DNA from: an uncultured Planctomycetaceae bacterium | GTDB taxonomy: Bacteria; Planctomycetota; Phycisphaerae; Sedimentisphaerales; UBA12454 | DNA length: 64,000 nucleotides | NCBI GenBank assembly: GCA_964449435.1 | Contig: CAYUYR010000008.1 | Coordinates: 6,038 to 70,037, forward strand | Direction: 5' to 3' | Part shown: positions 6,658 through 16,383 of the stretch, piece by piece | Position numbering within the stretch: the stretch's first letter is position 1 | Layout: each line of letters begins with the position of its first letter | Translations under genes and position numbers: made by a program | The notes under the pieces: generated by a model | Told to the model about the DNA's origin: nothing | Databases searched by the model: none | What the model saw: only the letters and a program-made list of their open reading frames with translations

Positions 6658-6793
6658 AATTTATCCCGATTTAATACCGCTCTGAACCCTAAACAATCGA
6701 ATCGTTTTATAACAAATAAAAGGGTCATTTGCAATTGCCAAAAAAAGTTTGCTGTGATAGACTAAACGGCGTGGTTCAGTAAGGAAGCGAAAG

Positions 6794-7750
6794 ATGAAAA
6801 CGGCAAGACTGGGAAATTCGGAACTCGAAATAACAAAGGTGGGCCTTGGGACGTGGGCGATTGGCGGGCCTTGGCTTTACGGATGGGGGCCGCAGGACGA
6901 TAACGATTCGATAAAGGCGATTATCGAGGCGATGGAAGTCGGGGTGAACTGGCTGGATACGGCGCCGATTTACGGGTTCGGACACAGCGAAGAAATCGTC
7001 GCAAAGGCGCTGTCGCAAACAAATATCAAACCAATCATCGCAACTAAGTGCGGGATTGTCTGGAGCAAGACGGTGCAAAGGCAGACCTGCCTGAAGACTG
7101 AAAGCATTATCGCTGAATGCGAGGCATCGCTGAAACGATTGAAAGTCGATGTAATCGATTTGTATCAGATGCACTGGGGCGACCCGGACGAAGATATAGA
7201 AGAAGGCTTCGAGGCAATGGCGAAATGCGTCAAGGCGGGGAAGGTTCGGTATCTGGGCGTTTCAAATTTCAGCGTCGAGCAAATGAAACGCGTGATGAAA
7301 ATTCATCCAATTACATCGCTTCAGCCTCCGTACAGTATGCTGCGGCGGGATATCGAAGATGAAATTCTACCGTTCTGCAAAGAAAATAATATCGGGGTAA
7401 TCGTTTACAGTCCGCTGCTGAAAGGAATGCTGAGCGGCAAGTTCACGGCTGAAAAAGTCGCGGCGCTTGCGGCAGACGATGTGAGACATAAGGACGCGAA
7501 TTTTAAGCCGCCGCTGCTGGATGTTAATCTTAAGATTGTCGAAGGACTGAAAGAGATTGCAAAGCAAAACGGAATTACAACGGCACAACTTGCGATAGCG
7601 TGGACGCTGCGAAATCCGGAAGTAACGGCGGCGATAGCAGGGGCAAGACGAGAAGGACAAATCAAAGAAACGGCGCTGGCGGCAGATATAACGCTATCGA
7701 ACGACGATATAGCTGAAATTGAAGAGCTTTTAAAAACGAGAAAAAGTTAA
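6794..7750 (+). CDS. Aldo/keto reductase family oxidoreductase
   Basis: 318 aa with [26 protein letters not shown] and GVSNFS motifs. Confidence 0.85.
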   Translation: MKTARLGNSELEITKVGLGTWAIGGPWLYGWGPQDDNDSIKAIIEAMEVGVNWLDTAPIYGFGHSEEIVAKALSQTNIKPIIATKCGIVWSKTVQRQTCLKTESIIAECEASLKRLKVDVIDLYQMHWGDPDEDIEEGFEAMAKCVKAGKVRYLGVSNFSVEQMKRVMKIHPITSLQPPYSMLRRDIEDEILPFCKENNIGVIVYSPLLKGMLSGKFTAEKVAALAADDVRHKDANFKPPLLDVNLKIVEGLKEIAKQNGITTAQLAIAWTLRNPEVTAAIAGARREGQIKETALAADITLSNDDIAEIEELLKTRKS

Positions 7751-7770
7751 AATTTTCAAGAGGTCTAAAG

Positions 7771-9204
7771 ATGGCCAAAAATAACGATATTTACACGAGT
7801 CCGCTGGTCGAGCGCAACGCATCGAAAGAGATGTCGGAGCTTTTCAGTAATCAGACGAAGTTTTCGACGTGGCGAAAACTCTGGCTTGATCTCGCCAAGG
7901 CGGAAAAGAGGCTCGGTCTGAAAATTTCATCGGCACAAATCAGTCAGATGGCAAAACATCTCGACAATATCAAGTTCGACAAGGCGGCTGAATACGAGAA
8001 GAAATTCCGGCACGATGTAATGGCGCATATTCATACGTTCGGCGATTCTGCGCCGAAGGCTGCGCCGATAATTCACCTCGGAGCGACGAGCTGCTATGTC
8101 GGCGATAACGCGGATTTGATAATTATGCGAAATGCGATGCAGATTATCGCAGGCAAGACAGCGTGTCTCGTAAATTCGCTGGCGGGATTTGCAAAACAAT
8201 ACCGTAATTTGCCGACATTGGGCTTTACACATTTTCAGCCGGCACAATTGACGACTGTCGGCAAACGCGCGGCACTTTGGTGCAATGATTTTGTCAATGA
8301 TTTATACGAAATGGAGTACCGCATCGCAGATATTCCATTCAGAGGAGTGAAAGGCACGACGGGAACGCAGGCATCGTTTCTCGAACTGTTCGGTGGAAAT
8401 CATAATAAGGTCAAACAGCTCGATAAAATGGTCGCAAAGGCGTTCGGATTCGAAAAACTCTGCGCTGTTACGGGCCAGACATATTCGCGAAAGATAGATT
8501 CGCTTGTGATAAATACGCTTGTACAGATTGGGCTGTCGGCTCATAAGATGTGCAACGATATCCGGCTGCTGGCGAGTCTGAAGGAAATCGAAGAGCCTTT
8601 CGAGAAATCACAAATCGGCTCAAGCGCGATGGCATATAAGAGAAATCCGATGCGGTGCGAACGTGTTACCGCCCTTTCGAGATTTTTGATAAGCCTGTCG
8701 AGCAGCCCGCAGATGACGGCGGCGGAGCAATGGCTCGAAAGGACGCTGGACGATTCGGCGAACCGTAGAATTGTAATACCGGAGGCGTTTCTTGCGGCGG
8801 ACGGGATTTTGGAAATTCTGATTAACGTCGCGAGCGGACTTGTGGTTTATCCGAAAGTTATAGCGGCGAGAATAGATTCCGAACTGCCGTTTATGGCGAC
8901 TGAAAATATTCTTATGGCCGCTGTTAAGGCGGGCGGGAACAGACAGAAACTGCACGAGAAAATCAGGGTGCATTCTCAAGCGGCGGCGGCACAGGTTAAA
9001 AAATTCGGAAAGCCGAACGATTTAATCGAACGACTGAAAAACGATGCGGCTTTCGCAAAAGTTGATTTCAAAAAAGTTTTAAACGCAGGCAATTATGTCG
9101 GCAGAGCGCCGCAACAGGTCGATGAATTTATTAAAGAAGTCGTTTCCGGGGCATTGAAAAAATACCGTGGAAAACTCAATAAAAAAACGACACTGAAAGT
9201 ATAA
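7771..9204 (+). CDS. purB: Adenylosuccinate lyase
   Basis: 477 aa with [13 protein letters not shown] and the fumarate-lyase signature [10 protein letters not shown]. Confidence 0.9.
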   Translation: MAKNNDIYTSPLVERNASKEMSELFSNQTKFSTWRKLWLDLAKAEKRLGLKISSAQISQMAKHLDNIKFDKAAEYEKKFRHDVMAHIHTFGDSAPKAAPIIHLGATSCYVGDNADLIIMRNAMQIIAGKTACLVNSLAGFAKQYRNLPTLGFTHFQPAQLTTVGKRAALWCNDFVNDLYEMEYRIADIPFRGVKGTTGTQASFLELFGGNHNKVKQLDKMVAKAFGFEKLCAVTGQTYSRKIDSLVINTLVQIGLSAHKMCNDIRLLASLKEIEEPFEKSQIGSSAMAYKRNPMRCERVTALSRFLISLSSSPQMTAAEQWLERTLDDSANRRIVIPEAFLAADGILEILINVASGLVVYPKVIAARIDSELPFMATENILMAAVKAGGNRQKLHEKIRVHSQAAAAQVKKFGKPNDLIERLKNDAAFAKVDFKKVLNAGNYVGRAPQQVDEFIKEVVSGALKKYRGKLNKKTTLKV

Positions 9205-9220
9205 AAGAAAGACGTAAACT

Positions 9221-9745
9221 ATGACCAAGCAAGAACTTGCGAAACGGATAAAAGAGACGGCATATCTTGAGGGAGACTTCACGCTTCGAAGCGGCAAGAA
9301 GAGCAAATACTATATGGATAAATATCTGTTCGAGACGCAGCCGGATATTTTAGAGGCTCTCGGCGCCGAATTCGCAAAGTACGTCAGCGGCGATGTTACG
9401 CTGATTGCGGGGGCCGAGCTTGGCGGTGTTGCGCTGGCGGCGGCAACGGCGATGCATACGGGCAAGAGATGGATAATCGTCCGCAACAGTAAAAAAGACT
9501 ACGGCACGAGCAAGATGATTGAGGGGATATTAAATAAAAATGATGTCGTTCTGCTTGTCGAGGATATCGCAACAACCGGCGGACAGGTTCTTGAGGCGGC
9601 AAAGATAATTACCGAGGCTGGCGCAAAGATAAAAAAGATTGTTTCCGTGATTGACCGCAAACAAGGCGCGGGCGAAAATATCACAAAGGCAGGCTACGAA
9701 TTCGAGAGCATTTTGACTAAAGACGATTTAGGAATAAAAGATTAA
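9221..9745 (+). CDS. pyrE: Orotate phosphoribosyltransferase
   Basis: 174 aa with the PRPP-binding motif VLLVEDIATTGGQ. Confidence 0.85.
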   Translation: MTKQELAKRIKETAYLEGDFTLRSGKKSKYYMDKYLFETQPDILEALGAEFAKYVSGDVTLIAGAELGGVALAAATAMHTGKRWIIVRNSKKDYGTSKMIEGILNKNDVVLLVEDIATTGGQVLEAAKIITEAGAKIKKIVSVIDRKQGAGENITKAGYEFESILTKDDLGIKD

Positions 9746-10358
9746 CAATTCTTTTCGCCAAAAAAGATTTGTCCGCCTTCGGCAAAATAAGCCAATCGCT
9801 GTTTCTGCGTTTGATTTGAACGGTTGATTTTTCGCTGCCGATTGCAGCCGGAGAATTTGCGATTATCATATCGAGATTTTTATCTTTTAATTTTTTCTCG
9901 GCATTCTTTCTTAAATTTTTATCTTCAAGCGCGAAGCCAACTACAGTTTGATTTTTCTTTTTATTCTCCCCTGCCCATTTAAGAATATCAATAGTCGGTT
10001 TCAATTTCAGAACCAAATTTTTGCCGGATTTTTTCAATTTGGTTTTTGATTTTTTTGCAGGTGTATAATCGGATACGGCCGCGGCCATAATCAGGCAATT
10101 GCATTTCCCAAAATGCTCTTTTACTGCTTTAAACATTTGCGCGGCGGATTCGACATAAATAGTTTTGAGTTTTGAGTTTTTAGTTTTGAGTTTCCTGATT
10201 GTGGTTATAAGTGTAACTTTATGACCTGCTTTTACGGCGGCATCGGCGAGAGCGAAGCCCATTTTGCCGCTGCTTGCGTTGGTGATAAATCGAACGGGGT
10301 CGATGTATTCTTTTGTGCCCCCTGCTGTAATAAGGAAATGAATCCGATTAGATTTCAT
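9717..10358 (-). CDS. coaB: Phosphopantothenate--cysteine ligase (stand-alone CoaB)
   Basis: [25 protein letters not shown] motif. The ATG directly follows the coaC stop (AAATAAATG). Confidence 0.85.
   Translation of the reverse strand: MKSNRIHFLITAGGTKEYIDPVRFITNASSGKMGFALADAAVKAGHKVTLITTIRKLKTKNSKLKTIYVESAAQMFKAVKEHFGKCNCLIMAAAVSDYTPAKKSKTKLKKSGKNLVLKLKPTIDILKWAGENKKKNQTVVGFALEDKNLRKNAEKKLKDKNLDMIIANSPAAIGSEKSTVQIKRRNSDWLILPKADKSFLAKRIVNLLFLNRL
10161..10195. repeat. 5 x 7-bp tandem repeat inside the coaB coding sequence
   Basis: agttttg agttttg agttttt agttttg agtttcc. On the minus strand it encodes [12 protein letters not shown], so the heptamer is read in all three phases. Confidence 0.8.
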
Positions 10359-10925
10359 TTATTTTTTCGTTATTTGGCGGAGACGATTTATGATATCGGC
10401 GGGTTCGGACATTCTGCCGATGCCTTCGGTTCCACAGGCTAATCTGCCTTTTTCAGGGCCGATTGTTTCAAAGCCCATATTCTTTAACGTATCAATATTT
10501 TTGCCGACGACGGGATTAGTCCACATTTTTTCGTTCATCGCCGGTACAAAAAGAACCTTTTTCCGCCAGCAGGCACACAAAGTCGTACTCAAAAGGTCAT
10601 CACAAATACCGTTGGCGGCCTTGGCAATGATGTTCGCGGTAGCCGGTGCAACAACGACAATATCAGCGATGTCGGTAAGATGAATATGGTCGATTTGAAA
10701 GCCGGTCGGAGTTTCCCACATACTCGTATAAACAGGACGGGCAGTTACGGCCTCGAAACTCTTTGGCAGAACGAATCTGCAGGCGTTTTCAGTCATAACA
10801 GTATCAACCAAAGCGCCGGCTGCGGTGAGTTTGCTTGCAAGGTCAACGGCTTTATAAACAGCGACGCCGCCGCTTACACCGAGCAGTACCTTCAAACCGC
10901 TGATTACAGAATCATTATGAGTCAT
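10359..10925 (-). CDS. coaC: Phosphopantothenoylcysteine decarboxylase (stand-alone CoaC flavoprotein)
   Basis: 188 aa with LLGVSGGVAVYKA and the PAMN motif (VPAMNEKMW). Confidence 0.85.
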   Translation of the reverse strand: MTHNDSVISGLKVLLGVSGGVAVYKAVDLASKLTAAGALVDTVMTENACRFVLPKSFEAVTARPVYTSMWETPTGFQIDHIHLTDIADIVVVAPATANIIAKAANGICDDLLSTTLCACWRKKVLFVPAMNEKMWTNPVVGKNIDTLKNMGFETIGPEKGRLACGTEGIGRMSEPADIINRLRQITKK

Positions 10926-10936
10926 TGCTTCGAATC

Positions 10937-11167
10937 CTATAATTTGGGGATATCGGCCTTTGGCGATTCCGGGGCATAATCGGCAGTAATTTTGTTCTGC
11001 AGAATTTCCTCGACGACTATTTCCATCATCGTTTTGCCTTCTGTGTTTTCGATAAGCGGCCTGGAGCCTTCGAGAAGTTCTGCCATTCTTTTCTGTATCA
11101 GGGCAGAGACCTTGAACGCGCCGCCGATTTTTTCGAAAATTTCCTTATTCTTCAGTTCATCTATCAT
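10937..11167 (-). CDS. rpoZ: DNA-directed RNA polymerase subunit omega (probable)
   Basis: 76 aa with FKVSALIQKRMAELLEG. It sits in the conserved gmk-rpoZ-coaBC position. Confidence 0.6.
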   Translation of the reverse strand: MIDELKNKEIFEKIGGAFKVSALIQKRMAELLEGSRPLIENTEGKTMMEIVVEEILQNKITADYAPESPKADIPKL

Positions 11168-11170
11168 ACT

Positions 11171-11785
11171 TTATTCTCCGGTTCTTTTAATTATCTGTAT
11201 AACTTCTTCCACCGCTTGTTCGAGATTATCGTTAATAACTATATGTTCATAATGCTGCCAGCCCGCGGCGATTTCAATGCCTGCGCCGGCAAGTCTTTTT
11301 TCGATGTCTTCTTCATCATCCCTGCCTCGTCCGTTTATACGGTTCTGAAGGTCTTTATGCTTCGGCGGCAATATAAAAACCAGTTCGGCTTCAGGATAAA
11401 GTTTTTTTACCTGAACGGCGCCCTGCACATCGATTTCGAGCAGCACAATTTTTCTCTGTTCGAGAGCCTCGACAAGTTTGTCTTTAGGCGTACCGTATAA
11501 ATTCCCGAAGACTTCGGCATACTCGATGAGATTACCGGCCTTTATCTGTTTTTCGAACTCGTCTCTGCTGACAAAATAATAATCTTTTCCGTCCTGTTCG
11601 CCGGTTTTTTTCGCACGTGTCGTGGCTGATATGCTCAGGCAGACGTTATCGAGCCGTTTAAGAAGCTCGCCGCAGATAGTGCTTTTACCTACACCGCTGG
11701 GTCCGCTTATAACTATCACCTGCTGTTTGACAGGGTTGTTCTCAGGATTACTCAACGTTCTGCACCTGTTCCTTAATACGTTCAA
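11171..11785 (-). CDS. gmk: Guanylate kinase
   Basis: P-loop ISGPSGVGKST. The start is uncertain: the ORF start overlaps the yicC 3' end by 38 nt, and an in-frame TTG at 11755 is an alternative. Confidence 0.85.
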   Translation of the reverse strand: MNVLRNRCRTLSNPENNPVKQQVIVISGPSGVGKSTICGELLKRLDNVCLSISATTRAKKTGEQDGKDYYFVSRDEFEKQIKAGNLIEYAEVFGNLYGTPKDKLVEALEQRKIVLLEIDVQGAVQVKKLYPEAELVFILPPKHKDLQNRINGRGRDDEEDIEKRLAGAGIEIAAGWQHYEHIVINDNLEQAVEEVIQIIKRTGE

Positions 11786-12632
11786 TGCAAGTTTTTATAT
11801 CGACGACATCAGAACAAATTTTCGCATCGGAGGCTTTGCTCGCAATGGTGTTCGCTTCGCGCAACATTTCCTGAGCGATAAAATCGAGTTTCCTGCCGGC
11901 ATATTCTTCCGACTGACAGTTCGTGAGAAATTGTTCGATATGCGAAATTAACCTGATAATTTCTTCGCTTATATCGCTTCTGTCGGCGAAAAGAGCCACT
12001 TCCCTTGCAAGAGTCGCGCTGTCAAGCTCAAGACGTGCACTGGCAAGGAGGTCCTTTACGCGTGTGGCGAGTCTTTCCTGATATTCGCCAATAACCACTT
12101 TACTGCGAGATTTAATATCAGCAAGAAGCCCTGTAATTCTATCGCACTGCTGCTTAAGGTCGTCGGCAAGAGATTGGCCTTCCTGTGCCCGCATTTTTTT
12201 GAGCTGCTCAACGGCCTGAGCGGTTACATCGAGGACGGCTTTTCGAACCGTCTGAGCCTTTTCGTTTTCCGGCTCCTGCGGCCTAACGACGCCGGGCAGC
12301 AGAAGCAAATCGGCAAGATTAATACTGCACTGCGTATCGCCGCCGCATTTTACGGAGTTTAATTTTTCCACATAACCGTTCAGAGCGGCCGAGTCGATGT
12401 CGAACATCGGTTCACCGCTGACGTTTTTATAGCGAAGCTGATAATTGGCCGCGCCGCGATAGATATTCTGTCTTAAAAGCTTTTCAATATCATGCTCGAG
12501 AAACGTAGCGGCATCGGGCAGACGGATAGACGGCTTAAAATAACGGTTATTGACCGTTTTTATCTCGACCGCATAGCTTATGCCGTCAATGTCCCGGCAT
12601 ATACGAGCAAATCCTGTCATACTGTTTAGCAT
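11748..12632 (-). CDS. yicC: YicC family stress-induced protein
   Basis: Start MLNSMTGFAR at 12632. The longer ORF extending to 12806 overlaps secG and is rejected. The C-terminal region matches the YicC/DUF1732 layout. Confidence 0.8.
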   Translation of the reverse strand: MLNSMTGFARICRDIDGISYAVEIKTVNNRYFKPSIRLPDAATFLEHDIEKLLRQNIYRGAANYQLRYKNVSGEPMFDIDSAALNGYVEKLNSVKCGGDTQCSINLADLLLLPGVVRPQEPENEKAQTVRKAVLDVTAQAVEQLKKMRAQEGQSLADDLKQQCDRITGLLADIKSRSKVVIGEYQERLATRVKDLLASARLELDSATLAREVALFADRSDISEEIIRLISHIEQFLTNCQSEEYAGRKLDFIAQEMLREANTIASKASDAKICSDVVDIKTCIERIKEQVQNVE

Positions 12633-12648
12633 ATATTTACCCTTATAT

Positions 12649-13032
12649 TCAGTTTGCCGGAGTGTTCGGCTGCGCTTCGAGCGGTATTTGCTGTTCGGCC
12701 ATAGGTGTTTCGGGCTGAGCCGAAGGTGCGGCAGGCGCCGAAGGAACCGGCCTGCTCTGGAGATATTCACTTGCCTTCGGCTTGAACCACTTTGCTGCGA
12801 CGACACTCAGCACAAGCCAAACCGCTACAAGAGAAATAGTAACCCATGTAAGAAAGTCTCCGGTCTTTGTTCCGAGCAGAGAATTGCCGATACCGCCGAA
12901 AGCGCTGCCGAGTCCGCCGCCCCGTCCTTTCTGTATCAGAACGAGAAGCACTAAAACTACTCCTATAACCGCCCAGATACCGACAACAACTTTCATTACG
13001 AACGGCACTGCCGCCAATGCAAAATCTATCAT
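12649..13032 (-). CDS. secG: Preprotein translocase subunit SecG with Pro/Ala-rich C-terminal tail
   Basis: LIQKGRGGGLGSAFGG motif between two TM helices. About 45 aa of low-complexity tail follows (PVPSAPAAPSAQPETP...). Confidence 0.8.
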   Translation of the reverse strand: MIDFALAAVPFVMKVVVGIWAVIGVVLVLLVLIQKGRGGGLGSAFGGIGNSLLGTKTGDFLTWVTISLVAVWLVLSVVAAKWFKPKASEYLQSRPVPSAPAAPSAQPETPMAEQQIPLEAQPNTPAN

Positions 13033-13074
13033 TTTATTATCCCTGAAAAATTAAATTCATTATTTTAACGGTTT

Positions 13075-13848
13075 TTATTTTTTTGTCTCTGCGGCGGCTT
13101 TAACCATCGCGGAAAAATCATCGGCCTTAAGGCTTGCGCCGCCTACCAGCAGGCCGTCAATATCCGGCTGAGACATCAGTTCAGCGGCGTTGTCGGGTTT
13201 TGCCGAGCCGCCGTACTGAATCCTTATCTGAGCGGCAAAGTCCTTATTATACGTCGAAGCGATAAGCTGTCTAATCATTAAATGAACTTCCTGCGCCTGG
13301 GCAGGTGTGGCGTTGACGCCTGTTCCGATTGCCCAGACAGGCTCATAAGCGATAGTAACGGCTTTTGCCTTTTCGACGGTTATGCCGGCCATACCCTTTT
13401 GGATTTGCTCTTTAACGACCTGTTCGGTTTTTTCGGTTTTTCTTTCTTCGAGAAGCTCGCCGACACAGAATATCGGAAGTAAGCCCGCCTCGATAGCGGC
13501 GATGAGTTTTTTGTTAATCAGTTCATCGGTTTCTTTTATAACGTGCCTTCTTTCTGAATGGCCGATGAGGACATTTTTACAGCCGATGTCATTTAACATC
13601 TGGCAGCTTATTTCGCCGGTGAAGGCTCCTTTGGCCTCGAAATAAACATCCTGAGCGCCGAGACCGATATTCGATGAGCCGAGAGCCTGTTTTACCGCCG
13701 CAAGATATACGAAAGGCGGACAGACAGAAACATCGACCTTATCAAGTATGCCGGCGCAGTTTTGGGCTACGCTTTTAGCAAGTTCGACGGCGCTTTTGCC
13801 GTCGGTATTCATTTTCCAGTTTCCGCCTATGAACGGTTTTCTCATCAT
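13075..13848 (-). CDS. tpiA: Triosephosphate isomerase
   Basis: IGGNWKMN, GHSERR and AYEPVWAIGTG motifs. Confidence 0.95.
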   Translation of the reverse strand: MMRKPFIGGNWKMNTDGKSAVELAKSVAQNCAGILDKVDVSVCPPFVYLAAVKQALGSSNIGLGAQDVYFEAKGAFTGEISCQMLNDIGCKNVLIGHSERRHVIKETDELINKKLIAAIEAGLLPIFCVGELLEERKTEKTEQVVKEQIQKGMAGITVEKAKAVTIAYEPVWAIGTGVNATPAQAQEVHLMIRQLIASTYNKDFAAQIRIQYGGSAKPDNAAELMSQPDIDGLLVGGASLKADDFSAMVKAAAETKK

Positions 13849-13863
13849 TCTGTTCTCCGAAAA

Positions 13864-14931
13864 TTATTCGAGTAATGTGTCGGTTTTAGGATAGCTCCCG
13901 AGTACGGAAAGCTGCAAACAATGCTGCTTTACTTCGTCGAGACAATCTATGATTTTCTGGTCATTACGGTGTCCCTGACAATCGACGAAGAAATAATACT
14001 CCCACTGTCTTTTCTTGCTCGGGCGGGATTCGATATTGGTAAGATTGACCTGTCTTTTCTTGAAGACGTCGAGCACATCGGCAAGCGCACCTGCCTTGTG
14101 AGCGGTACTGAACAAGAGCGAGGTTTTATCGTCGCCGCTGGGGCGGGCATCTTCCTTACTAATGATTAAGAAGCGGGTTACGTTATTCGCTATATCTTCG
14201 ATATTCTCGCAGATTACCTTTAGTCCGTAAAGCTCTGCGGCAATGTCGGAACCGATAGCGGCGGCGTATTCTTCTTCGGCGGCCATTTGCGCCGCTTTTG
14301 CCGTCGAGGCAACGGAGAACGTATTGGCCTCTTTGAAAGTTGCGCTCAGCCATTGACGGCACTGTGCGAAGACTTCCGGCTTGGAATAAACCTTCTTTAC
14401 TTCTTCGAGTTTGCAGTTGGCAAGCAGGTTATGATGAATCGGCATAAAGACTTCCGCGCGGATAAGCACATTCGTATCGATGAAGGCGTCGAGCGTCTCG
14501 ACCACCTCGCCGCCGGAAGAATTTTCGATTGGAACAACGCCCAAATCGCAATGTCCCCGGCCGACCTCTTCGAATATTCCGCGGATGTCCAGCACGGGTT
14601 CGTATTCGACGCTCTGTCCGAACTTGCGAATCGCAGCGGTATGTGTAAAACTGCCCTGCGGGCCGAGATATGAAATCCTCAACGGCCTTTCGAGAAAGAA
14701 CGAACCGCTCATCATCTCCCGCCAAACGGCGTGGAGGGTTTTGTCGGGCAAAGGGCCTTTATTCAGCTCAGCGATGCGCTGAAGGACCTTTTTTTCGCGG
14801 TCGGGAGCGTAAACGGGGCCGTCGGCCTTGAGCTTGCCGATTTCTATAACTACTTGCGCACGCTGATTTAACAGCTCAACGAGCTTCGAGTCAATTTGGT
14901 CTATCTGTTTGCGCAAGTCCTCAAGATTCAT
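13864..14931 (-). CDS. pheA: Bifunctional chorismate mutase / prephenate dehydratase (P-protein)
   Basis: Start MNLEDLRKQIDQIDSKLVELLNQRA (CM_2), then ISYLGPQGSFTH (PDT), TRFLIIS and a C-terminal ACT-like domain. Confidence 0.9.
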   Translation of the reverse strand: MNLEDLRKQIDQIDSKLVELLNQRAQVVIEIGKLKADGPVYAPDREKKVLQRIAELNKGPLPDKTLHAVWREMMSGSFFLERPLRISYLGPQGSFTHTAAIRKFGQSVEYEPVLDIRGIFEEVGRGHCDLGVVPIENSSGGEVVETLDAFIDTNVLIRAEVFMPIHHNLLANCKLEEVKKVYSKPEVFAQCRQWLSATFKEANTFSVASTAKAAQMAAEEEYAAAIGSDIAAELYGLKVICENIEDIANNVTRFLIISKEDARPSGDDKTSLLFSTAHKAGALADVLDVFKKRQVNLTNIESRPSKKRQWEYYFFVDCQGHRNDQKIIDCLDEVKQHCLQLSVLGSYPKTDTLLE

Positions 14932-15070
14932 AGAAATACAACCAAACTCCCTAAAACCCGTAGTATTTACCACAATCGGTTCTTATAGTCAAACCAAATT
15001 GGTATCATTTAATTGGGTCTAATTAAGTACCTATCTCCTCTTGAATTTCGTATTTTTGCATTTTTGCAAC

Positions 15071-16372
15071 TTACATCAGATTTTTTACGGTGTATTGGGA
15101 AAGGGTTTGTCTGTAATCATCGGTAATCTGATTTATGACGGCAGATTGCTCGCCGGGGGCGATGAACGAGGCATTTTTTACCGCATCGTAAATATCAGAC
15201 AGCTTTACATTTTCAGCCATAGTCGCCGGTGCGAAACCGGCAGCCGGGTCGGTCGTCTTTAAAAGCAGACCCGCCTTTACGAGATGCTCCAAAACCTTTT
15301 GGGTAAAATCGGGGGGCAAATTCAACTGGCTGCAAATAAGCTCGGCAGGAACAGGGGCATTTTTCTTTTCAAAGGCGGTACAGATAAACTTCATAATACC
15401 CATTACCTGCAAATCGGTGGCGAGGAAATAATCCTGCCGGAGTTTGGAAGCGGCCTTTTCAGCCTCCTCGATAGTCTTCAAATTCTGAGTCGTGAAAGTG
15501 AGCTGCAGGCCGAAAAGGACGATGAGCCAGTTAATATAAATCCACAAAACGCCGAGCGGGATAAGGCCGAGCACGCCATAAACCCTGCTGTACGGAATGA
15601 GTTTGACCATATAAAGGCCGAATGCCCATTTTGCGATGAGCCAGGCCAGCGAAGCGATAATCGCACCCCATGCGGCGGCTTTGTAGCCGACTTTGGCATT
15701 GGGCATAAGAATATAGAGAGCAAACAGGCCGATAAAGGTTATTACGAACGGCACAGCGGGACCAACGTAAGCAATGACGCTTTTGCTGAGGTTTCCGGCG
15801 ATGCTGTAACTGGTATTGACATAAACAGCGACGCCGAAGAGAAGCGGGCCAAGCGTAAGAAAAGTCCAGTAATTTGTTATCCGCCTGATAAGATTTCGGC
15901 CTCGGCTGACGCCCCAGATGGCATTAAACGAATTTTCGATGGTAACGAGCAGCGCGATTGCGGCCCAGATAATAATCGCACAGCTAATAACGGTGATAGA
16001 GCCTTTGTTGAGATTGTCGTAGAAGCCGGTTGTGAATTCGTCGATTTTCTGGGCGAGGGAGACTTTTTCGGTAGAAATATTAGGGTCCGCCGGATACTGC
16101 ACATTTTTGATGAAAGTCTGCTCATAGATAAAGTCTCTAAGTCTTGCGCCAACGTCTTCGAAAGTGCCGAGGGAATGAAAAATCAGGAGCATTACGATAG
16201 CAAGGGGCACGATGCCGAAAATGGTATTATAAGAAAGGACGGCGGCCTGCTGGCCGGCGTGGTTTTTGCGCAAAAGTTTTACGCACTGGGGCCAAAGTCT
16301 GATTTGAAAAATCAGAAAACGCGTAAATTTACCCAGCTCGCCTGTCGGAATTGAGAGTATTTTCTCAAACAT
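15071..16372 (-). CDS. YihY/BrkB family membrane protein with C-terminal soluble extension
   Basis: 433 aa. A multi-TM core follows the YihY pattern. The roughly 120-aa tail (ELICSQLNLPPDFTQKVLEHLVKAGLLLKT) looks winged-helix-like. Confidence 0.7.
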   Translation of the reverse strand: MFEKILSIPTGELGKFTRFLIFQIRLWPQCVKLLRKNHAGQQAAVLSYNTIFGIVPLAIVMLLIFHSLGTFEDVGARLRDFIYEQTFIKNVQYPADPNISTEKVSLAQKIDEFTTGFYDNLNKGSITVISCAIIIWAAIALLVTIENSFNAIWGVSRGRNLIRRITNYWTFLTLGPLLFGVAVYVNTSYSIAGNLSKSVIAYVGPAVPFVITFIGLFALYILMPNAKVGYKAAAWGAIIASLAWLIAKWAFGLYMVKLIPYSRVYGVLGLIPLGVLWIYINWLIVLFGLQLTFTTQNLKTIEEAEKAASKLRQDYFLATDLQVMGIMKFICTAFEKKNAPVPAELICSQLNLPPDFTQKVLEHLVKAGLLLKTTDPAAGFAPATMAENVKLSDIYDAVKNASFIAPGEQSAVINQITDDYRQTLSQYTVKNLM

Positions 16373-16383
16373 AATTTATTTCC

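Noticed and set aside
11748-12806. Long form of the yicC ORF (352 aa) starting at 12806
   Set aside because: The N-terminal 58 aa are Arg/Ser-rich and overlap secG on the same strand. The conserved YicC N-terminus MTGFAR begins just after the ATG at 12632.
15284-16354. 356-aa ORF on the plus strand
   Set aside because: It lies entirely antisense to the well-supported YihY/BrkB membrane-protein gene (15071-16372). Its sequence is low-complexity with no motifs. It is a typical shadow ORF.
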